63,777 nucleotides of DNA from Verrucomicrobiota bacterium (GCA_049510745.1 JBEKYR010000029.1:1-63777); one strand, 5' to 3'. Shown: positions 1 to 9,651, counted from the stretch's first letter. Numbers and translations: made by a program. The notes: a model not told the origin generated them from the letters alone.

Positions 1-225
1 TTCGATGGTTTTGGACAGATCAATGGAGCGGCGCGCGACAAACGACTCCCACTCCTCGGCGCCAATGATGTCCCGCGCCCATTCCAGCGACAACGCGGCG
101 GCCAGCGGTTCCCCCACGGCGCGCAACTGGCCGCGCACCCGCAACACCGGCGCCAGGCCCGGTTCGAGATGGAGGTCGCTGGCGCCTTCGGTTTTGGCCA
201 GCGAAATGAGGGCGCGCAGGTTCAC
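1..225 (-). CDS. pilT: PilT/PilU-family type IV pilus ATPase, N-terminal part (runs off window edge)
   Basis: Own translation from GTG at 225: MNLRALISLAKTEGASDLHLEPGLAPVLRVRGQL...RSIDLSKTIE; ASDLHL..G..P..RV.G is the typical PilT N-terminus. Not in ORF track. Confidence 0.75.
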   Translation of the reverse strand, partial: MNLRALISLAKTEGASDLHLEPGLAPVLRVRGQLRAVGEPLAAALSLEWARDIIGAEEWESFVARRSIDLSKTIE

Positions 226-285
226 GGGTTCTGGGCGCGGCGCGAAAGGTTTGGCAAAGGCCAGAGTCCCGGCTGCCCGGAACGA

Positions 286-600
286 TTATTTGGCCGCCAC
301 TTCAATTTTGGTCAAAGTGATCGTCTTCTTGCCGTCCTTTTCCGTCACCGTGCCAGTGGCAACGACCTTGGAGGGCGCCTGGCAAATGTTTTTGTGAAAC
401 GCTTTGGCGACGTCGTTATCGGCGGCATAATAGATTGTGCCGTCGGCGGTGCGGATGGCGGTGCCGCACTGGGCGGTTTGGTGCAATTCACATTTGGTGC
501 AAATTCCATCGCCTTTGATCGTTTGTTCCCCCGCCATGACCGAAGTCGTCAACGCTGCCAAAAACGCCATCGCCGTGAGTACTGCCAGTATCTTTTTCAT
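286..600 (-). CDS. Small secreted Cys-containing protein (DUF6370-like)
   Basis: Signal peptide MKKILAVLTAMAFLAALTTSVMA, then GDGICTKCELHQTAQC...HKNIC; ATG at 600. Confidence 0.6.
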   Translation of the reverse strand: MKKILAVLTAMAFLAALTTSVMAGEQTIKGDGICTKCELHQTAQCGTAIRTADGTIYYAADNDVAKAFHKNICQAPSKVVATGTVTEKDGKKTITLTKIEVAAK

Positions 601-690
601 AGTTCTTTGAATGTTAACACTCTCTGTTTGGGTTTGTTTCGGTGACAATAGCAAGCGGGGGTGCTTTCCGCAATGAGAATTGACATCCCG

Positions 691-1743
691 TCACAAACGG
701 CCGGCCAATTCCTTGTGGCCCCATCGCAGGAGGCGGGCGGTAGTTTCCCAGCCAACACAGCCGTCGGTGATGGAAAGGCCGTAGCGCAATTCGGCGGGGT
801 TCTTCGGAAAGGGTTGGGAGCCTTCTTCCAAATAGCTCTCGACCATCAGCCCGATCAACGAGCGGGTGCCGGCGGCGCGTTGGGCGATGACGTTGCGCCA
901 GACATCCTCCTGGCGGGCGGGCTGCTTGCCGGAATTGGCGTGGCTGCAATCGACCATCAATACCGGTGGCAGGCCCTGGCCGGCGAGCTCGGCTTCCGCT
1001 TCGCGGATGCTGGCGGCGTCATAATTGGCCCGCAGCCGGCCGCCGCGCAAAACGACGTGCCCGATGCGGTTGCCGGTGGTCCGCACGATGCTGGTCACGC
1101 CGTCCTGGTCGATGCCGATAAAGCTGTGCGGATGGGTGGCCGCGCCCATCGCGTCGATGGCGATTTGCAGGCTGCCGTCGGTCCCGTTCTTGAAGCCGAC
1201 GGGCATGGAAAGGCCGCTGGCCATTTCGCGGTGGGTCTGGGACTCGGTGGTGCGCGCGCCGATGGCCGTCCAACTGATCAGGTCGGAAATATACTGCGGG
1301 GTGATCGGGTCCAGGAATTCCGTCCCGGCCGGCAGGCCCATCTCCGTGATGTCCAGCAACAGGCGGCGGGCGAGCTTGAGACCCGATTCGATGTCGTGCG
1401 AATTATCCAGGTGCGGGTCGTTGATCAGCCCCTTCCAGCCGATGGTGGTGCGGGGCTTCTCGAAATAGACGCGCATAACGATTTCCAGGCGGTCGCCCAA
1501 TTCCTGGCGCAACTGGCTCAGTCTGCCGGCGTATTCCAGCGCGCCTTTGACATCGTGAATGGAGCACGGGCCGACCACCACGAGCAACCGCGGGTCTTTG
1601 CGTTCCAGGATTTGCTCAATGCCCCGGCGTCCGCGCACGACGGTGGCATTGGCGGCCTCGCTCGTCGGCAGTTGCGCTTTCAGCGCGCTCGGCGGCGAAA
1701 GGCGGACGATCTCTTTTACATGTAAATCTTGTGTCGGTAACAT
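691..1743 (-). CDS. aroG: 3-deoxy-7-phosphoheptulonate (DAHP) synthase, class I alpha
   Basis: Motifs [65 protein letters not shown]. Confidence 0.95.
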   Translation of the reverse strand: MLPTQDLHVKEIVRLSPPSALKAQLPTSEAANATVVRGRRGIEQILERKDPRLLVVVGPCSIHDVKGALEYAGRLSQLRQELGDRLEIVMRVYFEKPRTTIGWKGLINDPHLDNSHDIESGLKLARRLLLDITEMGLPAGTEFLDPITPQYISDLISWTAIGARTTESQTHREMASGLSMPVGFKNGTDGSLQIAIDAMGAATHPHSFIGIDQDGVTSIVRTTGNRIGHVVLRGGRLRANYDAASIREAEAELAGQGLPPVLMVDCSHANSGKQPARQEDVWRNVIAQRAAGTRSLIGLMVESYLEEGSQPFPKNPAELRYGLSITDGCVGWETTARLLRWGHKELAGRL

Positions 1744-1810
1744 CGAACCTCATGCGTTGCGGGAAACGCGGCCAACCAATGGGCGAATCCACCGGGAAGC
1801 GCCCAACCTG

Positions 1811-2341
1811 TCAAACCCTTTTAAACTGCCGGAAAACCAGCGCGGGCGCCAGACCAAGGCCGAGGAAAATCCCGCCGACCAACGATCCGAGCAGGATGGT
1901 TTGCAGGTTCCCAACCACTCCCAGCGCGCCGATGATTTCCGCGCTTCGGGGAAGGAAACGGCAGGCCATCCAGACAGCCCACACCACCAGAACAGCCCAC
2001 GCCAGGAGTTGAAACCGGGCGTCGCGGCCGGCCGGCAGCCAGCGCCATCGAGGAAGGGCCGTTTCAAATTCGGCTTGCATCTGTCGTTTGCGCTCGGCCC
2101 GCTGCCCCTCGGAAAGAGGGGCGGCTTCGGCGCGGAGGCGCTCGAGCAACCGTTGCTCGAAGGAGGCGGACAGCCGGGGCGCCTGGAGGCGGCGCGCCAG
2201 AAGGGCATCGAGGCCCCGCGCGTCCCGCGCGAAATCCCGGCAGCCGGCGCAGCCGGCAAGATGGACTTCCACCGCGGCGCGCTCGCCGGGCGGCAACTGG
2301 TCCAGATTCAAAATGCTTTCTTCAAACTGTGGGCAAACCAT
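1811..2341 (-). CDS. Zinc-finger (zf-HC2) transmembrane anti-sigma factor
   Basis: HLAGCAGC HxxxCxxC motif, C-terminal TM helices, directly downstream of ECF sigma. Confidence 0.85.
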   Translation of the reverse strand: MVCPQFEESILNLDQLPPGERAAVEVHLAGCAGCRDFARDARGLDALLARRLQAPRLSASFEQRLLERLRAEAAPLSEGQRAERKRQMQAEFETALPRWRWLPAGRDARFQLLAWAVLVVWAVWMACRFLPRSAEIIGALGVVGNLQTILLGSLVGGIFLGLGLAPALVFRQFKRV

Positions 2342-2344
2342 AAA

Positions 2345-2947
2345 TCAGCACAACATTAAATTCGTCCGTTTCTCCGCGCCTGTCAAGGCACGCGCGTCCG
2401 GGACGGGCGGACGCCGGCCGATCCTGAGCAGGTCCTTTCGGGCGCGGAACAAAAGTGTCTTGACGGTGCCGATCGGCAGGCCGAGGGCGTCCGCCACTTC
2501 CTGATACTGTTTTTGTTCGAGGTAGAACAAAACGATGACCTGGCGGTACTTTTCCGGCAGTTGCGCCAGCATGGCCTCGACGTCCATGTCCGCGCCGGGA
2601 GAGGGATCGGTGGATTGGAGGGAGGCGATGGCGTCGGAGGCTCCCTCCAGGGCGGGATCGTCCAGGGAAACCGCCGCGTGAGCGGCCCGTCTCTTTAATT
2701 CGGTGAAACAGGTGTTGCGCGCGATCACAAAAATCCAGGTCGAAAGCGAGGCGGCGCCGTCGTAACCGGGCAGCCCCTTCCAGACTTTGACGAAGACATC
2801 CTGCGCGGCGTCCTCGGCCTGGGTTTCGTTGCGCAAAATGCTCCACGCCAGCCGGAAGACCTTGTCCTTGCAGCGCTCCACCAGCAGGCTGAACGCCTCC
2901 TCATAGTGCCGCCCTCGCAGGCGCTCCCGAATGTCGTTCTCATGCAT
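2345..2947 (-). CDS. ECF sigma-70 family RNA polymerase sigma factor
   Basis: AEDAAQDVFVKVW, LSTWIFVIARN, region 4 YQEVADALGLPIGTVKTLLFRARK; ATG 2947 preferred over TTG 2995. Confidence 0.92.
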   Translation of the reverse strand: MHENDIRERLRGRHYEEAFSLLVERCKDKVFRLAWSILRNETQAEDAAQDVFVKVWKGLPGYDGAASLSTWIFVIARNTCFTELKRRAAHAAVSLDDPALEGASDAIASLQSTDPSPGADMDVEAMLAQLPEKYRQVIVLFYLEQKQYQEVADALGLPIGTVKTLLFRARKDLLRIGRRPPVPDARALTGAEKRTNLMLC

Positions 2948-2956
2948 CGGCGGATG

Positions 2957-2984
2957 CTCTCTCTCTCTCTCTCTCTCTCTCTCT
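2957..2984. repeat. Perfect dinucleotide tract (CT)14 / (AG)14
   Basis: ctctct... 28 nt, ending 10 nt upstream of the sigma ATG on the minus strand. Confidence 0.97.
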
Positions 2985-2997
2985 GCTGGAACCAATC

Positions 2998-3066
2998 TTT
3001 ATACTCGGCGATGGCGTCAGAGGTTTCAAAAACATTTTGAAACATTCCGGGAGTCGGCGCGGTCAC
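2998..3066. promoter_or_regulatory. Back-to-back ECF-type promoters sharing a 9-bp inverted repeat
   Basis: GTTTCAAAA(3023-3031)-aca-TTTTGAAAC(3035-3043); gives TGAAAC-N17-GGTC on + and TGAAAC-N17-AGTA on -, similar to SigW/SigE-type consensus. Confidence 0.55.
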
Positions 3067-3116
3067 AAGGATTGAGCCGGCAATAGTACGCCGGGAACAG
3101 AATAACAATAAAATCT

Positions 3117-3539
3117 ATGAATCCAGAAGTTGTGGGAACCATGATACCGATCGTCGCAATCGTGATGGGCATTGGCTGCGCGATTACGGGCATGTATTTC
3201 AGATTTCGCAAACGCAAGGAAATGTTCGCGCTCTATCATCAGGAGCGCATGGCCGCCATCGACAAGGGAATCGAATTGCCGCCCCTGCCGCCGGAATTCT
3301 TCGCCGACCACGGCAATCTGCCGTCCAGGCACGGCACCCTGCTGTCCGGGCTGATCATGACGTTTATCGGCCTGGGGCTTGGCATCGCGCTGCTCTTTAA
3401 GTGCGGACTGGATACCGCGCTGTTTGCGCTCATTCCGCTCGGCATCGGCCTGGCGCTATTGATCTTCTACTTTACAGTAGGCAAGAAGGAGGCGGAAGCC
3501 GCCGAAGCGGAACAACAGGCCCGCCGCGCCGCCAAATGA
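3117..3539 (+). CDS. DUF6249-like membrane protein
   Basis: TM helix, HQERMAAIDKG motif, two further TM helices; divergent from ECF sigma, a context typical for this family. Confidence 0.75.
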   Translation: MNPEVVGTMIPIVAIVMGIGCAITGMYFRFRKRKEMFALYHQERMAAIDKGIELPPLPPEFFADHGNLPSRHGTLLSGLIMTFIGLGLGIALLFKCGLDTALFALIPLGIGLALLIFYFTVGKKEAEAAEAEQQARRAAK

Positions 3540-3554
3540 GGGAGGGGCGCCGCC

Positions 3555-4292
3555 TCACGCATTCAGCCCCAGCACGTCCTGCATGTCGTAAAGCCCTGGC
3601 TTCTTGCCCGCCACCCATTGCGCGGCCCGCAGCGCGCCGAGGGCAAAGGTGTCCCGGCTCGAAGCTTTGTGCGTCAATTCCACCCGCTCCCCGGTCGCGG
3701 CGAAGAGCACCGTGTGGTCGCCCACAACGTCACCGCCCCGGATCGAGTGCATCCCGATTTCCGCCGCGGTCCGTTCCCCCGCCAATCCCTCGCGGCCATG
3801 ACGGAGGACTTTGTCCAATTGCTGCCCGCGCGCCGCCGCCAGGATTTCGGCCAGCGTCTTGGCCGTGCCGCTGGGCGCGTCCTTCTTGAGGCGATGGTGC
3901 GTCTCGATGATTTCCAAATCGTACTCCGGCCCAAGAATCTCCGCCGCCTTGCGCGTCAACCAGAATAATGCGTTCACCCCCGTCGAATAGTTGGAGCTCC
4001 AGACCATCGGGATTTGCGCGGCCAGCGCCGTCAACTCCCGCCGCTCCGCCTCGGTGTGGCCGGTCGTGCCGATGACGATGGCCTTGTTGCGCGCCGCGCA
4101 CAGCCGGGCAAACGGAACGGTGCTCTCATGGAACGTAAAATCAATCAGCACGTCCCCGCCCGCGATCACGCCGCCCAATTCCTCTCCCAGGTCGATCTGG
4201 CCGCTGACGGCGAGGCCGGGAAATTTCTCCGCGCAGCGCAACAGCGCCTGGCCCATCCGCCCTTTGGCCCCGGCAATAATGATTCTAGTCAT
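3555..4292 (-). CDS. dapB: 4-hydroxy-tetrahydrodipicolinate reductase
   Basis: GAKGRMG, VIGTTG, ETHHRLKKDAPSGTA, RGGDVVGDH, THKASSRDTFALGA. Confidence 0.97.
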   Translation of the reverse strand: MTRIIIAGAKGRMGQALLRCAEKFPGLAVSGQIDLGEELGGVIAGGDVLIDFTFHESTVPFARLCAARNKAIVIGTTGHTEAERRELTALAAQIPMVWSSNYSTGVNALFWLTRKAAEILGPEYDLEIIETHHRLKKDAPSGTAKTLAEILAAARGQQLDKVLRHGREGLAGERTAAEIGMHSIRGGDVVGDHTVLFAATGERVELTHKASSRDTFALGALRAAQWVAGKKPGLYDMQDVLGLNA

Positions 4293-5169
4293 GGCGCAGC
4301 ACGCCGCATTGCCGGAGAGTCGCCTTGAGGACCTCGCGGTTTTTGACCCCCATCGGCACGAGCGGCAGGCGGTACTCCTCCGCGATCACCCCCATCATCG
4401 CCAGGGCGGCTTTGACCGGGATCGGATTGGACTCGAGAAAGAGGTCCTTGAACAGCGGGTAATACCGCTCGTGAATCCTCCGGGCCGCGGCCGCGTCTCC
4501 GTCGCGGAAAGCCCTCACCATGCGCGCGACCTGCCTTGGAATTATATTTGACGCCACGCTGACCACCCCGTGCGCGCCCACCGCCATGAACGGCAGCGTC
4601 AGCGCGTCGTCGCCCGACAGAATGGCAAACCTGCGTCCCAGCGCCGCCCGCAACTGGCTGACCCGATCGGCGTTGCCGCCCGCTTCCTTGATGGCCACGA
4701 TCCGCGGCGTCGCTCCCGCCAGCCGCCGGACCGTCTCGACCCCGATCTCCACCCCGCAGCGCGACGGCACGCTGTAAAGGACCAGCGGCAGCTTGCTGGC
4801 GCGGCTGACCTCCAGGAAATGCTGGAACAGCCCCTCCTGCGTGGGCTTGTTGTAATACGGCGCCACTTGCAGCGAAGAATCGGCGCCCGCCTTCTCCGCT
4901 TCCTGTGTCAAATAGACGGCTTCGCTGGTCGAATTGCCGCCGGTTCCCGCCATGACGTGAACGCGGCCCGCCGCGTATTCCACCGCGTGCGCGATCACTT
5001 CGATGTGCTCCTTGTAATCCAGCGTGGGCGATTCGCCGGTTGTGCCGACGGGCACAATCCCGTCCACGCCGGCCCGGACCTGCGTCTGGATGAGCCGTTT
5101 GAAAGCCTGCGGGTCGAATTTTCCGTTGCGAAACGGAGTAACAATCGCCGTGTAAGTTCCACTCAACAT
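4285..5169 (-). CDS. dapA: 4-hydroxy-tetrahydrodipicolinate synthase
   Basis: GTTGESPTL, PYYNKPTQEGL, LYSVPSR, AIKEAGG, SGDD, ESNPIPVK; overlaps dapB start. Confidence 0.97.
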   Translation of the reverse strand: MLSGTYTAIVTPFRNGKFDPQAFKRLIQTQVRAGVDGIVPVGTTGESPTLDYKEHIEVIAHAVEYAAGRVHVMAGTGGNSTSEAVYLTQEAEKAGADSSLQVAPYYNKPTQEGLFQHFLEVSRASKLPLVLYSVPSRCGVEIGVETVRRLAGATPRIVAIKEAGGNADRVSQLRAALGRRFAILSGDDALTLPFMAVGAHGVVSVASNIIPRQVARMVRAFRDGDAAAARRIHERYYPLFKDLFLESNPIPVKAALAMMGVIAEEYRLPLVPMGVKNREVLKATLRQCGVLRHD

Positions 5170-5205
5170 GGGCCAAATGAAATCCGCCCTGGGGCGAAAG
5201 TTCAA

Positions 5206-5667
5206 TCAATATCGTTCGCCTGTCTCCGTTTGTTCGACTGATTCTTTTTGCCGTTTCAGATTTCTCAAAAGAAAAATCCAATAAATTGGCGCGAAAACGA
5301 GATACAGATTTAAGGAAACTAGCAAATAACCAGCGACAATAAGGGCGTTTTGACGCAGTTTGTCGTTTACGCCATTTCGTAAAACTTCGCCTTCGGAAAA
5401 AACATCGATGTACGGCATCAGATTGTTGTAAGGGCCAACGGCGCAACTGCAATGCTCGCAAAACCAAGAACCCGGAGTGACCAGGTCAAAACACCGATGA
5501 CAAACCTCCACCGCTTCAGGTTCATGCAGTGCTTTTTCGATTTCTTTGTTCCACGGGTCCGGCGACGTGGGAATTTGCCCGATCCGGACAAAAACGCGCC
5601 ACAGGAGGACGAACGCCAAAACGGCCAAACCAACTTCGCTGATAAGACGCTCCGGATCGCGAGTCAT
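5206..5667 (-). CDS. Hypothetical membrane protein with CxxC-CxxC zinc ribbon
   Basis: TM, CHRC...CEHC, PYNNLMPY, C-terminal TM; visibly lower GC than neighbours; start uncertain. Confidence 0.6.
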   Translation of the reverse strand: MTRDPERLISEVGLAVLAFVLLWRVFVRIGQIPTSPDPWNKEIEKALHEPEAVEVCHRCFDLVTPGSWFCEHCSCAVGPYNNLMPYIDVFSEGEVLRNGVNDKLRQNALIVAGYLLVSLNLYLVFAPIYWIFLLRNLKRQKESVEQTETGERY

Positions 5668-6092
5668 ACGCTGTTCAATGTTTGCTCTCCATATTCGTAA
5701 GCAGCAAAGTAAAACAGGCAGAACCGGAAAGCGAGCCATTCCCCGCTCGCCGGTTCTGCGGTCGGAGGTTCGTTGGACTTGGATTTGAGCGCAACACACC
5801 ACCAGCGCAACTCGGCTTGGCTCTAGGCAAACGTCGAAATCAGCGCCTGGTGCGCGGGAATCGCCTCTACGTGAAGCGCGGCCATTCCTTGAGAGCGTAG
5901 TGCCAGCCACTCCGACCCCGTAAGCGTCCAGTCAAGGTCGTTCCAGCCCCCGCTTTGCTCTCCCGGTCGAAGTCGTTCCACCGCGCTCACCTCAACCTTG
6001 ACTTCGGACGGTGCGTCCAGAGTGCGGGACGGTGCATGAGCTGCCACGCACGGTCGAGCATTATCAGCCAACGATCAAACTCACATGAGCGA

Positions 6093-6350
6093 TCATTCAC
6101 GCGGAATTCGCGAAAAGTGGCGTTTGGCAAAGGCGTGGCCAGAGCCGCTTTTCAGATATTTCTCAAATTCCTGCGCCAGTTCCAAAGTTTCAAAAGCAGC
6201 ATAAAACTTTACTTTCCAAGGTCTCAGCTTTGACGTGTGAGGACACTTGCCGGCGTTGTGTTCGGCGAGGCGGCGCTTAAGATCGTCCGTGTGGCCTCGA
6301 TAGAATTCACCAGGCGCGGCCACGCGTTCCAGAATGTAGGTGTAAAACAT
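6093..6350 (-). CDS. Small GIY-YIG nuclease family protein
   Basis: MFYTYIL...FYRGHTDDLKRRLAEHNAG..HTSKLRPW...FEKYLKSGSG. Confidence 0.9.
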   Translation of the reverse strand: MFYTYILERVAAPGEFYRGHTDDLKRRLAEHNAGKCPHTSKLRPWKVKFYAAFETLELAQEFEKYLKSGSGHAFAKRHFSRIPRE

Positions 6351-6359
6351 AAGATCAAA

Positions 6360-6484
6360 GAAGGATGGCCTGCCATCCGTAGCTCGGAACCCGGCGGTCG
6401 GGCCAGCCCTCCTTCGCCAAGGCGCTACGGAGGGCACCATCCTTCGCTCGGAACCGACGGTAGGCGGTTCCGAGCGAAGGATGG
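6360..6484. repeat. Palindromic repeat array between GIY-YIG gene and tmRNA 3' end
   Basis: Perfect 20-bp IR 6437-6456/6465-6484; hairpin gccctcc..ggagggc 6406-6435; imperfect direct copy ccatccgtagctcggaacc near 6374. Confidence 0.8.
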
Positions 6485-6832
6485 TGGAGGCGGCGGGAGT
6501 TGAACCCGCGTCCCTGCCAAATATTCCAGCCGCGACTACATGCTTAGTCAGGTGAGAGTCTCAACCGTTGCATAACGTCCTGACGCGAATCCAACGGCCC
6601 AGCCCGCATGGAATTTTTTCGGCCGGCACCGCGCGGACTCCGGCTCCGGCCTATCCTGCTGTGGCGTTCGTCCCCCGTAGCAGGCGTCCAGGGGCGAACG
6701 TCGCGGCACTTAGGCCGCGAGAGCTAATTCTTGGTTAGCACTTATTTTTGGTCCGATTTTTTACGAGGCCAACGAACCATCCTCGGCATGCCGCCTCTGG
6801 CGCATCTCGCAGGTCGAAACCAGTACGCCCCC
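6482..6832 (-). ncRNA. ssrA: tmRNA (SsrA)
   Basis: 5' GGGGGCGUACUGGUUUCGAC, 3' GGGUUCAACUCCCGCCGCCUCCACCA with Ala-type acceptor stem; tag ORF 6739-6710 encodes ANQELALAA*. Confidence 0.97.
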
Positions 6833-6999
6833 CCCAATCGGCGCGGACAATATCCGGCGGCCGGGCGCGTTAGTCAAGCTTTGCGAGCGCAACATCCCGG
6901 TCGCACTCCCTGGCGCCGGCGGAGAGAATCATCCGCTCGCAAAAACTGTTTTGCTTTTTTGCGGCGACGGTGTAGCAATGAGGGCCGCGCCAATCGAAG

Positions 7000-8001
7000 A
7001 TGAATACCGAAGAACAAATCGCCTCGTTCCGCGATGCTTACGAAGCCCTTTGCGCCGAGATCGGCAAGGTCATCGTCGGGCACCACGAGATTGTCGAGGG
7101 CACTTTGCTCGCCATTTTCGGCGGCGGGCATGTCCTGCTGGAGGGCGTGCCGGGATTGGGCAAGACGCTCCTGGTCCGCACTTTGAGCGAGGTGCTGGAC
7201 ATGAGCTTTAATCGCATCCAGTTCACGCCCGATCTCATGCCGGCCGACATCCTGGGCACCAATATCGTCATGGAAGTCGCGGGCGGACGGCGCGAGTTTC
7301 AATATCAGCGCGGGCCGATCTTCGCCCATCTCGTCCTGGCCGACGAAATCAACCGCGCCACGCCAAAAACCCAGTCGGCCATGCTTGAGGCGATGCAGGA
7401 AAAGAGCGTGACGGCGGGGGGCGAAATCCGCAAGCTGGACGAGCCTTTTTTCGTCCTCGCCACCCAGAACCCCATCGACCAGGAGGGGACTTATCCGCTG
7501 CCGGAGGCGCAGTTGGACCGCTTCTTTTTCAAATTGCTCGTCGGCTACCCGACGGGCGCGGAGTTGAACGAAGTGTTGACTCGCACGACCGAGGGGACGA
7601 AACCGGAGCTGGCCCGCGTGCTGGCCAAGGAGCAGGTGATCGAATTGCAACAATTGGTCCGCCAGGTCCCGGTCGCCGCGCACGTCAAGGATTACGCCGT
7701 CCGCCTGGTCCTGGCATCGCATCCCAAAACGGAGACGGCCGCGCCCATCGCCAATCAATACCTTCGTTTTGGCAGCAGTCCGCGCGGCGGGCAGACCCTT
7801 CTCCTGGCCGCCAAAGTCCGCGCCCTCACGCGGGGCCGTTTCAACGTCAGTTTTGAGGACATCCAAGCGGTGGCGGCGGCGGCTTTGCGGCATCGGCTCA
7901 TCTTGAATTTCGAGGCGGAAGCCGAGGGCGTCACGACCGATCACATCATCGCGCAGATTCTCAAGGACGTGCCCGTGGATGCCGCCGCCGTGGAAGCGTA
8001 G
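7000..8001 (+). CDS. moxR: MoxR-family AAA+ ATPase
   Basis: LLEGVPGLGKT, RIQFTPDLMPADILG, LADEINRATPKTQSAMLEAMQE, TQNPIDQEGTYPLPEAQLDRF. Confidence 0.95.
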   Translation: MNTEEQIASFRDAYEALCAEIGKVIVGHHEIVEGTLLAIFGGGHVLLEGVPGLGKTLLVRTLSEVLDMSFNRIQFTPDLMPADILGTNIVMEVAGGRREFQYQRGPIFAHLVLADEINRATPKTQSAMLEAMQEKSVTAGGEIRKLDEPFFVLATQNPIDQEGTYPLPEAQLDRFFFKLLVGYPTGAELNEVLTRTTEGTKPELARVLAKEQVIELQQLVRQVPVAAHVKDYAVRLVLASHPKTETAAPIANQYLRFGSSPRGGQTLLLAAKVRALTRGRFNVSFEDIQAVAAAALRHRLILNFEAEAEGVTTDHIIAQILKDVPVDAAAVEA

Positions 8002-8008
8002 GCGCGCG

Positions 8009-8935
8009 ATGGCCCTGCTCTCGATTGAACTTCTCCGCCGGCTGGAACAATTCCAATTGCTCGCCGCCCGCCGCTCCAAAAGCTCCGCCAAAGGCGAACG
8101 CCGCAGCAAGGCCCGCGGCCAGTCGGTCGAATTCGCCGACTTCCGCAATTACGTCGCCGGCGACGATTTCCGCTATCTGGATTGGAATCTTTACGGCCGC
8201 CTGGACAAGCTCTTTCTCAAACTTTACGAGGAGGAGCGCGAATTGCCGGTCCGCATATTTCTCGATGCCAGCGAGTCGATGACCTTCGGCGCGCCGGCCA
8301 AGTTTGATTTCGCGCGGCAGGTCGCGGCGGCCATCGGTTACGTCGCCCTCTGCGGGTTCGACCGCGTGACGGTTCACATTTTTCCGGAACTCGACCCCGC
8401 CACGCCGGGGCTGGACGCCGCCGCCGTGAGCGCGGAGTTGGCGGCGCGCGGCGCGCTCCGCGCGGTGCGCGGACGCAAATCGGCCCTTGAATTTTTTCAA
8501 AACCTCTCGCAACTGACGGCCCGCGGCGCCGCCGATTTGAACGAGGGCCTGCGCCGCGGCGCGCTGGCTTCCCGGCAAACGGGGGTGGCGATGGTCTTGA
8601 GCGATTTTTTGGACCCGGCGGGATACGAGGCCGGGTTGAACGCGCTGATCGGACGCGGTTTTCAGATCAACGCCATCCAAATCCTGGCGCCCGAAGAATT
8701 GAATCCGCCGACCTACGGCGACCTCCGCCTGGTCGATGCCGAGACGGGCGCGTTGCAGGAAGTGACGTTTGGCAAATTCCGGCTCAAGGCCTACCAGCAG
8801 ACGGTGCAAAATTTCTGCCAGCGGTTGCGCGAGTTCTGCCAGGCCCGGGGAGTGACTTTTTTCAGCGTCAGCTCCGAGACGTCGCTTGAACAACTTCTGT
8901 TGAAACAACTGCGGCAGTCGGAAGTTTGGGGTTGA
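8009..8935 (+). CDS. DUF58 domain protein
   Basis: GQSVEFADFRNYVAGDDFRYLDWNLYGR, LDASESM, LSDFLD; follows MoxR. Confidence 0.92.
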   Translation: MALLSIELLRRLEQFQLLAARRSKSSAKGERRSKARGQSVEFADFRNYVAGDDFRYLDWNLYGRLDKLFLKLYEEERELPVRIFLDASESMTFGAPAKFDFARQVAAAIGYVALCGFDRVTVHIFPELDPATPGLDAAAVSAELAARGALRAVRGRKSALEFFQNLSQLTARGAADLNEGLRRGALASRQTGVAMVLSDFLDPAGYEAGLNALIGRGFQINAIQILAPEELNPPTYGDLRLVDAETGALQEVTFGKFRLKAYQQTVQNFCQRLREFCQARGVTFFSVSSETSLEQLLLKQLRQSEVWG

Positions 8936-8966
8936 GGGCGGAATCCTGTCTGCCCCGCGGACGAAA

Positions 8967-9089
8967 CGCAAAGCAACGCGGATTTCCTTTCGTCCCCACG
9001 CGCAAGCGTCAACCCGACGATTTGTTCACTTGTGCGTCTTATGCCCTTTGCGTTTTTCCTCTCGGCGTCTTGGCGTTGATCTTACAGGT
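8967..9089. repeat. About 120-bp direct repeat, copy 1 (overlaps GxxExxY stop)
   Basis: cgcaaagcaacgcggatt..cgtccccacgcgcaagcgtcaacccgac..tttgttcactt..acaggt matches 9526-9651. Confidence 0.9.
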
Positions 9090-9462
9090 CGTTCACCACC
9101 CGGTGGATGCCGTCTTTGACATAGCGCTCGCCGAAGTTGATGACCAGGCCGAGTTTCAAGCCGGTCAGACGGAGGTAGGTAAGCATTTGCGCTTCGAAGA
9201 TCGGGTGGTACTCGGTGGTCGCCTTGTTGTCCACCAGGACCGAACCGCCCACCTTTAAATCCAGGCGCAAGGGGGACCTCAATTGGTGGCCTTTGTAGAG
9301 GATGGGCACATGAACCTGCCGTTGGACTTTCATGCCTCTTTGCTCCAGTTCGAAGACCATTGCTTCCTCATAAACGCATTCGAGAAGCCCAGGGCCGCCC
9401 AAGGTGCGATGCACTTCAATGGCGCAATCAACGATGATTTTGGAGAGTTCATTTTCTGTCAT
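9082..9462 (-). CDS. GxxExxY protein (PD-(D/E)XK-like)
   Basis: AIEVHRTLGGPGLLECVYEEA, RLDLKV, AQMLTYLRLTGLKLGLVINFG. Confidence 0.93.
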   Translation of the reverse strand: MTENELSKIIVDCAIEVHRTLGGPGLLECVYEEAMVFELEQRGMKVQRQVHVPILYKGHQLRSPLRLDLKVGGSVLVDNKATTEYHPIFEAQMLTYLRLTGLKLGLVINFGERYVKDGIHRVVNDL

Positions 9463-9525
9463 AGAGGGCGGCACCCTAACCGATGAGGAAACAAAGAACA
9501 ACGCAAAGGGCATAAGGCGCAAAGG

Positions 9526-9651
9526 CGCAAAGCAACGCGGATTACCTTGCGTCCCCACGCGCAAGCGTCAACCCGACAGTTTGTTCACTTATGCGTTTTA
9601 GGCCCTTTGCTTTTTTTCCCCTCGCCGCCCCTTCGCGTTTATCTCACAGGT
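9526..9651. repeat. About 120-bp direct repeat, copy 2, bracketed by a 33-bp inverted repeat (9500-9532 / 9654-9686)
   Basis: Direct match to 8967-9089; aacgcaaagggcataaggcgcaaaggcgcaaag vs ctttgcgtctttgcgtcttatgccctttgcgtt (2 mismatches). Confidence 0.88.

Noticed and set aside
5719..5760. Integron attC site (gcagaaccgg..ccggttctgc); also gccgaacaag near 10124
   Set aside because: No complete R-box/L-box arrangement, no array and no integrase; at most degenerate remnants.
5206..6482. Prophage or ICE integrated at ssrA
   Set aside because: No integrase and no duplicated ssrA 3' end found; dapA follows within 1.3 kb.
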